Positions 1 through 8,793 are shown, counted from the first letter of the stretch. The stretch is 59,311 bases of DNA from Patescibacteria group bacterium (GCA_038056395.1 JBBUFS010000006.1:1-59311); one strand, 5' to 3'. Notes: generated by a model not told the origin, from the sequence alone. Made by a program: numbers and translations.

Positions 1-184
1 TCGGACGGCCCGGAATTTTGGCTGATTGTTTTTCCACTAACTCCTCAATAATGTTTAGATTATTTTGTTTCGCAAAGGCGCGCAATTCTGTGATTTGCGC
101 TTCAATGCTCAAAATTTGTTTATCCTCTACATCAGTGGATTTGCGGGCGTACAAAAAGAATTTTTGCAATTGATTATTGTTCAT
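1..184 (-). CDS. Serine recombinase (resolvase/invertase/integrase superfamily). Only the N-terminal 61 codons are present; the gene runs off the left edge.
   Basis: The minus-strand ATG at 184..182 opens MNNNQLQKFFLYARKSTDVEDKQILSIEAQITELRAFAKQNNLNIIEELVEKQSAKIPGRP. The YxRxS nucleophile motif, SxExQ and SAKxxxRP spacing match the serine-recombinase catalytic domain. It is truncated, so it is absent from the ORF track. Confidence 0.6.
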   Translation of the reverse strand, partial: MNNNQLQKFFLYARKSTDVEDKQILSIEAQITELRAFAKQNNLNIIEELVEKQSAKIPGRP

Positions 185-301
185 AAATTTTGTAAATTAT
201 TAAAACTTAAATGGCCGCCCTTGGTGCGCTCAACTCGATTGCTCAAGCTGAATCCAAAGACGGCCATTAAAATAAGAAATCGAATCGTTGAGCGCAAATT
301 C

Positions 302-310
302 ATTATAGCA
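302..310 (-). promoter_or_regulatory. Extended -10 box (TGCTATAAT on the minus strand) about 110 nt upstream of the recombinase ATG
   Basis: Plus strand attatagca is the reverse complement of TGCTATAAT. The same nonamer precedes the R-M gene, gyrA, clpB and a pilin gene in this window. Confidence 0.35.
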
Positions 311-466
311 AAAATTCTTTTTTGGGGCAAAGCAAATACAAAAATCGCAAGGGATTTCGAACCTCCGCTTGGCCGCGCGCGAAGCGCGCGGAAACCCCCA
401 AAATCAATGGGCGGCGCTGTGCGCCGCCCACGAAATGGTTGGTCAAAAATCCGAAAGTCAAATCTT

Positions 467-761
467 GGAGTATATTTATGATTTCGCTCGAACCTACTTT
501 ATCAAAAATTCCTAAAAAAATCCATTCGTTCCGCCCCGCCGCCCGCCGCCGATTACGGCGGCCTGCCTCGCAGAAAAATTTTCTCTACATTTTTTATTTT
601 GCGCGCGCCGGTTTTTTCTTCTAAAAGGAAAAGAAAATTTTTCTGCTTCGGCTTCCGCGCTCAAAGCGCGGGGCGGCGGGGCTTCGCTTCGGCTCGCGGG
701 CAAAAAGGAAGGGGGTTGGGGGGAAGGAATTTTTGCCCGCTCGCCCGCTCTTTTTGGCGGC
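467..761. repeat. Left copy (IR-L) of a 295-bp GC-rich inverted repeat
   Basis: Its reverse complement equals 3212..3505 apart from one homopolymer-length difference (A7 at 514..520 vs T6 at 3453..3458). ORF-track peptides from the two copies are identical (e.g. RAPVFSSKRKRKFFCFGFRAQSAGRRGFASARGQKGRGLGGRNFCPLARSFWR). Confidence 0.95.
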
Positions 762-806
762 TAAAATTACTTAACAACCCACGCACTATCCGAAATAACT
801 ATTATT

Positions 807-815
807 TGCTATAAT
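807..815 (+). promoter_or_regulatory. Extended -10 (TGCTATAAT) 8 nt upstream of the R-M gene ATG; implies a leaderless or near-leaderless mRNA
   Basis: tgctataat at 807..815, ATG at 824, and no Shine-Dalgarno sequence between them. Confidence 0.4.
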
Positions 816-823
816 ATACATAT

Positions 824-3208
824 ATGGAAACCTCCTCTAAAAAACAAGATCAAAATTTGGCCATCTTGAAAGATTTGCATTCGGAAGAGGATGTCAAGGC
901 AAAAATAGTTATACCTTATTTCAAGAAGCTCGGATATAAAGACGAGCAGATTTTCTTGAATGTACCGATTAAGGCATTTTTAGGGCGGCAATCTAAAACC
1001 GTCTATGCCGATTTGGTTATTAGAGATGGTGCAAATCCAATTATTATTGTTGAGGTTAAGAAACCGGGAATCCAACTTGATGAAATTCACAAAGAACAGG
1101 CAATATCTTATGCTCGACAATCCGAGAGGGTTGTTCCGATTGCTGTAGTAACCAATGGCATTTCTTATAAGATTTATAATGTAAAGACGAAGCAACAGAT
1201 TCCAGAGATTCCGAAAAAATCAGACCTGATTTCCTTCCTCTCGGAAATAAAAATTAGCAAAGAGGAAATCGAAGAAGCTGGCCGTTTCATTATCGAGGGC
1301 TATGAAAATGTACAGGAGATAAAAGTGGCGTTGGACAAGTGTCACGATATTATTAGAGGTAACGACGGCCTTGATCCTATAAGTAGTTTTGACGAGGTTA
1401 ATAAACTTATTTTTGCGAAAATACAAGAAGAAAATCGTGCAAAGAAAACGGGTGTAAACCGCTTTACAAGGGATTTTATAAAAGATAACGCAATTGAGGA
1501 AATAAATCGCATTTTTCAAGATGCTAATGATGATTTCGGAATCAATAAAATTTTTACCAGTGATGAAAAAATTAAATTGAGTTCAGCAACCCTTATATCA
1601 ATTGTTGGGATATTAGAGCAGAAAGCGATTTCTCAAACAAAAGATGACCTCATCGGATTAGCTTATGAATCTTTCTTACCCTCAATTTTCAGAGGTGAGG
1701 GACTGGGGCAATTCTTTACTCCTGACAGGATTAAAGAGTTTATGATCGAGATACTCGATCCGCGAGTTGGTAATCTGATTATTGATCCGGCTTTCGGTAG
1801 CGGTGGTTTTTTAGTATTGTCGTACAAAAGATTGCTTGGAAATATCAAAAGTAGCAACTGGAATCAGACTAAAAAGGACGAAGAAAAATCAAAACTATCT
1901 TCGGAGTATTTGTATGGTATTGAAATAAACTCTCGATTAGAAATTGCGTGCAAAACAAATATGTATTTACACGGCGATGGACGAACAAAAATTTATAGAG
2001 GTAATGGATTATTGGACACGGACGACATAGAAGAAGGAAAATTTGATATTGTTGTTACAAATCCGCCTTTCGGCGCAAAAATAGATAAAGAAGAAATTTT
2101 GAATAAGTTTGAATTAGGAATCAAGCGGAACAAGCAACAATCAGAAGTTTTATTTTTGGAGCGTTGTGTGCGATTAGCCAAGCCGGAAACAGGACGAATT
2201 GGAATAGTGTTACCAGAAAGCGTATTGATGAACACCAACTTTCAACCAGTACGAGATTGGCTTGATCAGAATGTTACGATTGATGCCATTTTTAAGATGC
2301 CGAGTTACGCCTTTAGTCCTTCGGGCGCATCAGGAATTCAGACAAGCTTGGTCTTTTTGACTAGAAGAAAGCCCACCTCTTTTGATTATAAAATTTTCAT
2401 GGGCAATGTAACTAAAATTAGTTTTGACGCAAATAATCGTCCAGACGAAGATTATTTTCCTAACGCCACTTGGCACTATCAAGAATTCAAGGTAAAGAAT
2501 AAGGAAATGTTTGATGATGATAATTATTATGTCATCAAGAGAAATGACGGTGAATTATTGTCAGTAAATTTCTATAAGCCAAAATATCTTAAATTGCTTA
2601 AAAAAATCCGTAAAGAAAAATATTTAAGACTGGAAGATATTTTGAAGAAAGATAAATATTCCATTGTTGATGGTCCGTTTGGCACCCAACTTCATGTTTC
2701 CGATTATAAAACCGAAGGAATCCCAGTCCTTCGGGTAAAAAACATTGGGATAAACGAATTTATCAACAAGGACTTGGTCTATATCTCGAAAGATAAGCAC
2801 AAGGAATTGATTAGAAGTAGAGTCAAAAAAGGCGACATTCTAATAGCTAAAACTGGGGCGACATTCGGTAAGGCGTGTTTATTTCCAGATGATCTTTTTC
2901 CAGAGGCAAACATTACTGCCAGTTGTTGCAAGATTAGTGTTGATCCCAGCAAAGCAAATCCATATTTTGTTGCAGAGCTGATAAACTCCCCAGTCGTTTA
3001 TAGTCAGTTGGAGCGTTATTCTCAAAAAGCCGCACAGCCAGGATTTAATATGATAGAGTTAAGGAAAGTTATCATTCCCGATATTCCACTTGAAAAACAA
3101 AATCAGATAGCGGATAGTATTAAAAAACGGAAAGGATTGATCAAAAAACTTAAGCTACAAATTAACTCCGAATCAAATATGATTAAGGAGGAGATTGATA
3201 ATTTGTAG
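824..3208 (+). CDS. Single-chain restriction-modification enzyme (Type IIG-like). It combines an N-terminal PD-(D/E)xK nuclease-like HsdR_N-type domain, a gamma-class N6-adenine DNA methyltransferase and one HsdS-like target recognition domain.
   Basis: N-terminus YADLVI...IIIVEVKK (D...ExK). Methyltransferase motif I IDPAFGSGGFLV and motif IV VVTNPPFG. The C-terminal ~200 aa (GDILIAKTGATFGKA...AQPGFNMIELRKVIIP) resembles a type I S-subunit TRD. Confidence 0.8.
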   Translation: METSSKKQDQNLAILKDLHSEEDVKAKIVIPYFKKLGYKDEQIFLNVPIKAFLGRQSKTVYADLVIRDGANPIIIVEVKKPGIQLDEIHKEQAISYARQSERVVPIAVVTNGISYKIYNVKTKQQIPEIPKKSDLISFLSEIKISKEEIEEAGRFIIEGYENVQEIKVALDKCHDIIRGNDGLDPISSFDEVNKLIFAKIQEENRAKKTGVNRFTRDFIKDNAIEEINRIFQDANDDFGINKIFTSDEKIKLSSATLISIVGILEQKAISQTKDDLIGLAYESFLPSIFRGEGLGQFFTPDRIKEFMIEILDPRVGNLIIDPAFGSGGFLVLSYKRLLGNIKSSNWNQTKKDEEKSKLSSEYLYGIEINSRLEIACKTNMYLHGDGRTKIYRGNGLLDTDDIEEGKFDIVVTNPPFGAKIDKEEILNKFELGIKRNKQQSEVLFLERCVRLAKPETGRIGIVLPESVLMNTNFQPVRDWLDQNVTIDAIFKMPSYAFSPSGASGIQTSLVFLTRRKPTSFDYKIFMGNVTKISFDANNRPDEDYFPNATWHYQEFKVKNKEMFDDDNYYVIKRNDGELLSVNFYKPKYLKLLKKIRKEKYLRLEDILKKDKYSIVDGPFGTQLHVSDYKTEGIPVLRVKNIGINEFINKDLVYISKDKHKELIRSRVKKGDILIAKTGATFGKACLFPDDLFPEANITASCCKISVDPSKANPYFVAELINSPVVYSQLERYSQKAAQPGFNMIELRKVIIPDIPLEKQNQIADSIKKRKGLIKKLKLQINSESNMIKEEIDNL

Positions 3209-3211
3209 CTG

Positions 3212-3505
3212 GCCGCCAAAAAGAGCGGGCGAGCGGGCAAAAATTCCTTCCCCCCAACCCCCTTCCTTTTTGCCCGCGAGCCGAAGCGAAGCCCCGCCGC
3301 CCCGCGCTTTGAGCGCGGAAGCCGAAGCAGAAAAATTTTCTTTTCCTTTTAGAAGAAAAAACCGGCGCGCGCAAAATAAAAAATGTAGAGAAAATTTTTC
3401 TGCGAGGCAGGCCGCCGTAATCGGCGGCGGGCGGCGGGGCGGAACGAATGGATTTTTTAGGAATTTTTGATAAAGTAGGTTCGAGCGAAATCATAAATAT
3501 ACTCC
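3212..3505. repeat. Right copy (IR-R) of the 295-bp inverted repeat
   Basis: Reverse complement of 467..761. It starts 3 nt after the R-M stop codon and ends 6 nt before the prfB ATG. Confidence 0.95.
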
Positions 3506-3511
3506 CAAACT

Positions 3512-4402
3512 ATGGATAAACAAGAAACCGAGCAAAAAATAAAAGGACTTGAGAAGGCGATGGCCAGCGCTGATTTTTGGGATGATAAGGAAAAGGCACA
3601 GGCTGTTATAAAAGAAATTCAAAAACTCAAAGATGAGTTGGAAGGAATAGGACAATATGATGCGGGGGATGCGGTTATGACAATTTTTTCCGGCGCCGGA
3701 GGAGATGACGCCGAAGACTTTTCGGCTATGCTTTTGAGAATGTACTTCAAATATTTTGAAAAAATGGGATGGGGATATTCTGTCTTGCATGAAAATCAAA
3801 ATGATAATGGAGGGTATAGAAATATAACTGTTGAAATTTTAGGTAAGAGCGCCTATGGAATACTTAAGAATGAGTCGGGTGTTCATCGATTGGTGCGTAT
3901 TTCTCCATTTAACGCTAATGCAAAAAGGCACACCAGTTTTAGTATGGTTGAAATTATTCCCAAGTTTGAAAAGCAAAATGAAAAAGATATTGAATTAGAT
4001 GAAAAAGATTTGAAGGTAGAACTTTCACGCTCATCAGGTCCAGGCGGCCAAAATGTAAACAAAAGAGAAACGGCCGTGCGGATAGTTCATTTGCCGACAA
4101 ATCTTTCAGCACAGGCAGATGGGGAGAGGAGCCAGGCCCAAAATAAAGAAAAAGCTCTGGCAATTTTGAAAGGCAAGATTTATAAAGCTTTGGAAGATAA
4201 AAGAATAGAAAAGCGGGAAAATATGTATATAAGTAAAACCACTGAAATAGAATGGGGCAGCCAAATCCGCTCTTATGTCCTGCATCCTTACAAAATGGTC
4301 AAAGACCACCGCACCAATGTGGAAACCTCTGATGTCGAATCTGTCCTTAACCAAGGCAATCTGGATAAATTTATAGAGGCAAAAAAAAATTTGTCTCGCT
4401 AA
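3512..4402 (+). CDS. prfB: Peptide chain release factor 2, short form (296 aa)
   Basis: SPF stop-codon recognition tripeptide (RISPFNANAKRHTSF), GGQ motif (SSGPGGQNVNK) and C-terminal WGSQIRSYVLHPYKMVKDHRT. Confidence 0.9.
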   Translation: MDKQETEQKIKGLEKAMASADFWDDKEKAQAVIKEIQKLKDELEGIGQYDAGDAVMTIFSGAGGDDAEDFSAMLLRMYFKYFEKMGWGYSVLHENQNDNGGYRNITVEILGKSAYGILKNESGVHRLVRISPFNANAKRHTSFSMVEIIPKFEKQNEKDIELDEKDLKVELSRSSGPGGQNVNKRETAVRIVHLPTNLSAQADGERSQAQNKEKALAILKGKIYKALEDKRIEKRENMYISKTTEIEWGSQIRSYVLHPYKMVKDHRTNVETSDVESVLNQGNLDKFIEAKKNLSR

Positions 4403-4442
4403 TCGAGATTTGTAAAAAAATAAATTGTAGTATAATAAACCT

Positions 4443-5126
4443 ATGTCTATCATCTTTGATAATGTCTCAAAAAAGTATAGTGATAACTGCGTCGCTTTGG
4501 ATAAGGTTTGCTTTGTTGTGAAGCCGAATGAATTTGTTTCCATCGTGGGTCCGTCGGGAGCAGGCAAGACAACACTTTTGAAGATGCTTCTGGCGGAAGA
4601 AAAACCGACGGAAGGCAAAATCATGCTACATGATATTGACATCAATTTTCTTTCCAGCAAGGATATGAATTTTGTGAGGAGGAAAATAGGAGCGGTTTTT
4701 CAGGATTTCAGATTACTGCCGCAAAAAAATGTTTATGAAAATATCGCCTTTGCCATGGAGGCGGCCGGCCGGCCGGATGAGGAAATAGAATCAGATGTGC
4801 CTCATGTCTTGGAACTGGTTGATTTGGGCAATAAAATTTGGAATTTTCCGCACGAACTTTCGGGTGGCGAAAAACAGCGGGTGGCCATTGCTCGAGCAAT
4901 TGTCAACCAACCTGATATAATTATTGCGGACGAGCCGACTGGTAATTTAGATCCGATCAATACTTACGATATTGTCCAGATTTTTAAAAAGATAAATGAT
5001 TTAGGCACGACGGTGGTGCTCACCACCCACAATAAGGGAGTGATTGACTCAATCGGCCGGCGGGTTATTACTATGCAGGAGGGCAAGGTAATTAGAGATG
5101 ATAAAACAGGCAAATACATTTTATAG
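4443..5126 (+). CDS. ftsE: Cell division ABC ATPase FtsE
   Basis: Walker [10 protein letters not shown], signature LSGGEKQR and Walker B IIIADEP. It is immediately followed by ftsX. Confidence 0.9.
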   Translation: MSIIFDNVSKKYSDNCVALDKVCFVVKPNEFVSIVGPSGAGKTTLLKMLLAEEKPTEGKIMLHDIDINFLSSKDMNFVRRKIGAVFQDFRLLPQKNVYENIAFAMEAAGRPDEEIESDVPHVLELVDLGNKIWNFPHELSGGEKQRVAIARAIVNQPDIIIADEPTGNLDPINTYDIVQIFKKINDLGTTVVLTTHNKGVIDSIGRRVITMQEGKVIRDDKTGKYIL

Positions 5127-5174
5127 TTCAATAGTTCAATCACATTCACTACAAGTAAATTCACTATAAATAAA

Positions 5175-6113
5175 ATGGAAAAAACAGAATTTAAAACAAA
5201 ATTAAGAAGAATAACCAAAGCAGGTTTTTTTAATTTTTGGCGGAGCGGCTATGTTTCTTTTGCTTCAATTTTGGTGATGGTTATCACTCTTTCAGTTATC
5301 GGCTCGGTTATTTTTGTCAGTGCCGTTTTAAATACAACTATGCAGGAATTGCGCAATAAGGTTGATATCAACGTTTATTTTATTACTACTGCCGCGGAAA
5401 ATGATATTCTTTCCTTGAAAACAAAGATAGAGGCTCTGCCTGAAGTAAAAATGGTGGAATACACAAGCCGAGAAAAGGCCTTGGAAAATTTCCGGCTGCT
5501 GCACGAAAATGACCAGATTACTCTGCAAGCTCTAGAAGAATTGGGAGACAATCCGCTCGGAGGATCACTGAACATAAAAGCCAAAGAGCCGTCTCAATAT
5601 GAAGGCATTGCCAATTTTCTGAATGAAGAAAACATTCTTTCCAACGAAGGCAATAAAATAATTGACAAGATTAATTATTTTGAAAACCGAACTGCCATAG
5701 ACAAACTTTCCCGCATCATAGATTCGGCTGAACGCCTTGGTTTGGCCATCTCCTTGGCTTTGGTGCTTGTTTCAATCATCATCACTTTCAACACCATTCG
5801 CCTAGCCATTTATATTTCCCGCGAAGAGATTTCAGTGATGCAACTGGTTGGCGCCAGCCGAAATTATATCAAGGGACCTTTTGTGGTTACCGGAGTGATT
5901 GTCGGGCTTATTTCAGGGCTGATTACCATGCTCTTATTCTTTCCCATTTCCTACTGGCTCGGCAGTACCACCCAAAACTTTTTTATCGGCTTCAATATTT
6001 TTGATTATTATTTAGGCAATTTCTTTGAAATTCTTTTCATAGTTATCGGTTCTGGCATTATCATCGGGGCTCTATCAAGCTTCTTGGCCGTTCGCAAGTA
6101 TTTAAAGTTGTGA
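5175..6113 (+). CDS. ftsX: Cell division permease-like protein FtsX
   Basis: N-terminus KAGFFNFWRSGYVSFASI, a large extracytoplasmic loop and three C-terminal TM helices. Operon partner of ftsE. Confidence 0.85.
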   Translation: MEKTEFKTKLRRITKAGFFNFWRSGYVSFASILVMVITLSVIGSVIFVSAVLNTTMQELRNKVDINVYFITTAAENDILSLKTKIEALPEVKMVEYTSREKALENFRLLHENDQITLQALEELGDNPLGGSLNIKAKEPSQYEGIANFLNEENILSNEGNKIIDKINYFENRTAIDKLSRIIDSAERLGLAISLALVLVSIIITFNTIRLAIYISREEISVMQLVGASRNYIKGPFVVTGVIVGLISGLITMLLFFPISYWLGSTTQNFFIGFNIFDYYLGNFFEILFIVIGSGIIIGALSSFLAVRKYLKL

Positions 6114-6141
6114 TATGTTGATAGTATAAAACTTGAACGGG

Positions 6142-7797
6142 ATGAAAAAAAAGAATCACAAATACATTTTCGTAGTGGGAGGAGTGATGTCGGGAGTCGG
6201 CAAGGGAATTGCGTCATCATCTATCGGAAAGATTCTTCAATCAAAAGGCTTCAAGGTCAACCCCATAAAGGTTGACCCTTATTTAAATGTGGATGCCGGC
6301 AATATGAATCCGACTGAGCACGGCGAAGTGTTTGTGCTGGATTCCGGACTGGAAACAGACCAGGATATGGGCAATTACGAGCGCTTTTTGGAAATGAATT
6401 TAAACAGCGAAGATTATATGACTTCCGGTATGGTTTATAAGCATGTTATAGAAAAAGAGCGCAATATGGGATATCGCGGCAAGTGCGTGGAGGCCATACC
6501 GCATATCACCGAAGAAATTTTGAAACGAATAAAAAGAGCGGCTGACAGCCACGAATCAGACATATCTCTCATTGAAATTGGCGGCACCATAGGCGATTAC
6601 CAGAATATTCTTTTTATTGAAGCGGCTCGAACGCTTAAAATAAAATATCCGCAGGATGTCATTTTTATTATGGTCAGTTATTTGCCGGTACCGGGATCGC
6701 TCGGCGAGATGAAAACTCGTCCGACTCAAAATGCGGTGCGCCAGCTTAATTCTTACGGCGTTCAACCGGATATTATCATTGCTCGCGGGGTTCAGCCTCT
6801 TGATTACAAACGCAAAGAAAAAATCGCCATGGCCTGCGCCATCGCGCCGGAAAATGTCATCTCGGCGCCGGATATTGAAAGCATTTATGATGTGCCGCTT
6901 AATTTTGAAAAAGACAAAATCGGCAGCATTATATTGAAAATTTTTCACCTGCGTTCCAAAACCAACGGCAATTCACTGAAAGACTGGAAAGAATTTGTGC
7001 ATAAAAAAACTAGAGCCAAAAAACATCTGGAAATTGCGGTGGTTGGCAAATATTTTGACACGGGCGATTTTGTTTTATCCGACGCTTATGTTTCGGTCAT
7101 TGAAGCTGTAAAATTTTCCTCTTTTTGGAGCGGCGCCTGTAGCAAATTGACGTGGATAAATTCAAAAGAATACGAAGCTGACCCCAAAAAAGTTTCCGAA
7201 CTGAAAAAATATGACGGCATTATTGTGCCGGGCGGATTTGGAGAATCAGGCATTGAAGGCGTTATCATATCTATTGAATATGCCAGAATCAACAAAATAC
7301 CTTATCTCGGTCTTTGTTACGGCATGCAATTAGCCGTTATTGAATTTTGTCGGAATGTTATAGGATGGAAAGACGCTCATACAGCTGAAATAAATCCGGC
7401 GTCGTCTCACTTGGTCATTAACATTATGCCGGAACAAAAAAAACTTTTGGCGGAAGAAAAATATGGAGCTACCATGCGCCTTGGAGCTTATCCGGCTGTT
7501 TTGAAAGAGGAAACAATCGCCAAAGAATCTTATGGATTAAGTGAAATTTCGGAAAGGCACAGGCACCGCTATGAAGTTAATCCGGAATATATAGCGGACA
7601 TAGAAAAAGCCGGCCTAATTTTCTCCGGCATTTCGCCTGATGGCAAACTGATGGAAATTGCCGAACTGCCCAAGTCTTTTCATCCTTTTTTCCTCGGCAC
7701 CCAATTCCACCCCGAATTCAAAGCCCGCCCGCTCCACCCCCATCCTCTTTTCACCGCTTTCATCAAAGCGGTTATTTCCAGGCGAATAAAGCACTAA
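6142..7797 (+). CDS. pyrG: CTP synthase
   Basis: KYIFVVGGVMSGVGKGI N-terminus, glutaminase Cys in GLCYGMQL, and HRHRYEVN. The ORF track starts at TTG 6133; ATG 6142 is the more likely start. Confidence 0.95.
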   Translation: MKKKNHKYIFVVGGVMSGVGKGIASSSIGKILQSKGFKVNPIKVDPYLNVDAGNMNPTEHGEVFVLDSGLETDQDMGNYERFLEMNLNSEDYMTSGMVYKHVIEKERNMGYRGKCVEAIPHITEEILKRIKRAADSHESDISLIEIGGTIGDYQNILFIEAARTLKIKYPQDVIFIMVSYLPVPGSLGEMKTRPTQNAVRQLNSYGVQPDIIIARGVQPLDYKRKEKIAMACAIAPENVISAPDIESIYDVPLNFEKDKIGSIILKIFHLRSKTNGNSLKDWKEFVHKKTRAKKHLEIAVVGKYFDTGDFVLSDAYVSVIEAVKFSSFWSGACSKLTWINSKEYEADPKKVSELKKYDGIIVPGGFGESGIEGVIISIEYARINKIPYLGLCYGMQLAVIEFCRNVIGWKDAHTAEINPASSHLVINIMPEQKKLLAEEKYGATMRLGAYPAVLKEETIAKESYGLSEISERHRHRYEVNPEYIADIEKAGLIFSGISPDGKLMEIAELPKSFHPFFLGTQFHPEFKARPLHPHPLFTAFIKAVISRRIKH

Positions 7798-7888
7798 GCG
7801 ATATTTAAAGTTATAAACACCAGCTCTTGCACTAAAATATTTTTTGTGATTAAATGAAAGAAGCGGAACTGTTTGCGATGGTTGGGAC

Positions 7889-7922
7889 AGGCCGACGCGT
7901 CATCTAGCGCCGGCCTTTTTTT
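7889..7922 (+). terminator. Intrinsic terminator downstream of pyrG
   Basis: aggccgacgc-gtcatcta-gcgccggcct stem-loop followed by a T7 run. Confidence 0.6.
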
Positions 7923-8075
7923 GTCTAAAATTTACAAACTACGCGATTTATTGAAAAACAAAGATAAATTTGCAAGCCGGCCGTCTCGAGTTAGAACCGT
8001 GTGGTTCCTTATATTGCAATACTATTTTAACAAATTTTTCGACTTAATTTCGACGCGTCTCGAGCGTAACAGTTT

Positions 8076-8669
8076 TTATGAAAATTTCCTTTCACGAACC
8101 GCAACTATTATGGACAATAAAGTCACTACAAGATTAAAATTCATTCTAAATTTTTTCTTTCTATCCTCTATTTTTTGTTCCAGCTCATATCGATTTCCAA
8201 TTTCCTTAACTTTACACACAGGAAATGTAATCTTATCAAAATCTAAATGCGGACAAGATCCAAGAACCGCTAGAGAAAAATCAGTGCCAATAATTAGCTG
8301 CTCACTGCCTGGGTTATTCATATACTTAAGATTCTTATCTAAATCCGGAGGCATATTAATATAAGGAGCATTTTTTATTGCCATTCTTAATATAAATGTA
8401 GGAACAAGAGAATCTATTTTATCTTGATTTGTTAGGACTAGTTTCGTTAAGCTTTTAAATTCAGCTGAGCTTGTGCCAGTATTAAATAATCCATGTTGGA
8501 GACCTGGGCCAGAACTATAAAGTGCATTTACTGCTAACCTCAACTTTGAAGTTCCAGTTATTAAATCGTAGAAAGTAGTTTTTTCTAGATAATCATAGCC
8601 AACTGTCACTAATGGAACTATTAAAGTTGCAAGTAACCAAAATTTATTTCTCTTTATCCAGTTAGCCAT
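8076..8669 (-). CDS. Hypothetical protein with N- and C-terminal TM segments
   Basis: 197-aa ORF from ATG 8669 (MANWIKRNKFWLLATLIVPL...), preceded by GAGGTGTATT, a strong Shine-Dalgarno context that is rare in this window. I recognise no motif. Confidence 0.5.
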   Translation of the reverse strand: MANWIKRNKFWLLATLIVPLVTVGYDYLEKTTFYDLITGTSKLRLAVNALYSSGPGLQHGLFNTGTSSAEFKSLTKLVLTNQDKIDSLVPTFILRMAIKNAPYINMPPDLDKNLKYMNNPGSEQLIIGTDFSLAVLGSCPHLDFDKITFPVCKVKEIGNRYELEQKIEDRKKKFRMNFNLVVTLLSIIVAVRERKFS

Positions 8670-8719
8670 AATACACCTCAAGTGCTCGAGAGTCGTACAG
8701 GTCTCGTGCTAGCTCAAGT

Positions 8720-8793
8720 TGGCTACGGGACTTGGATTCGAACCAAGATTAATGGATTCAGAGTCCATTGTCCTACCATTAGACGATCCCGTA
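8720..8793 (-). tRNA. tRNA-Gln (anticodon CTG), CCA encoded
   Basis: Manual cloverleaf: acceptor TACGGGA/TCCCGTA (U1:A72), D arm GTCT-AATGGTA-GGAC, anticodon arm ATGGA-CTCTGAA-TCCAT, T arm CTTGG-TTCGAAT-CCAAG, then G-CCA. Confidence 0.85.

Noticed and set aside
340-375. T-loop-like string (minus strand GGAGGTTCGAAATCCC), which suggested a tRNA or tmRNA 3' end near the recombinase gene
   Set aside because: No 5-bp T stem can be formed around it, and there is no acceptor stem or anticodon arm. At most it is a scrap of a former tRNA-type att site, so I did not call it.
65-814. ORF-track ORFs 65..481, 322..624, 512..703(-) and 599..814, plus their mirror images 3183..3494(-) and 3195..3470
   Set aside because: They lie inside or across the GC-rich inverted repeats and appear as identical peptides on opposite strands of the two copies. 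They are Arg/Pro/Gly/Ala-rich low-complexity translations without sensible starts. They are artefacts of the repeat composition.
7975-8012. Possible degenerate copy of the tRNA-Gln 3' end (caagccggcc...gagttagaacc), which would mark an islet 8010..8719
   Set aside because: The similarity is limited to two short blocks and is not clearly above chance. It is mentioned only as a possibility.
7873-8364. 163-aa plus-strand ORF overlapping the 8076..8669 minus-strand gene
   Set aside because: It starts inside the pyrG terminator region, has no promoter or SD context, and has a low-complexity Phe/Ser/Leu-rich composition. The minus-strand ORF has a strong SD and TM topology.
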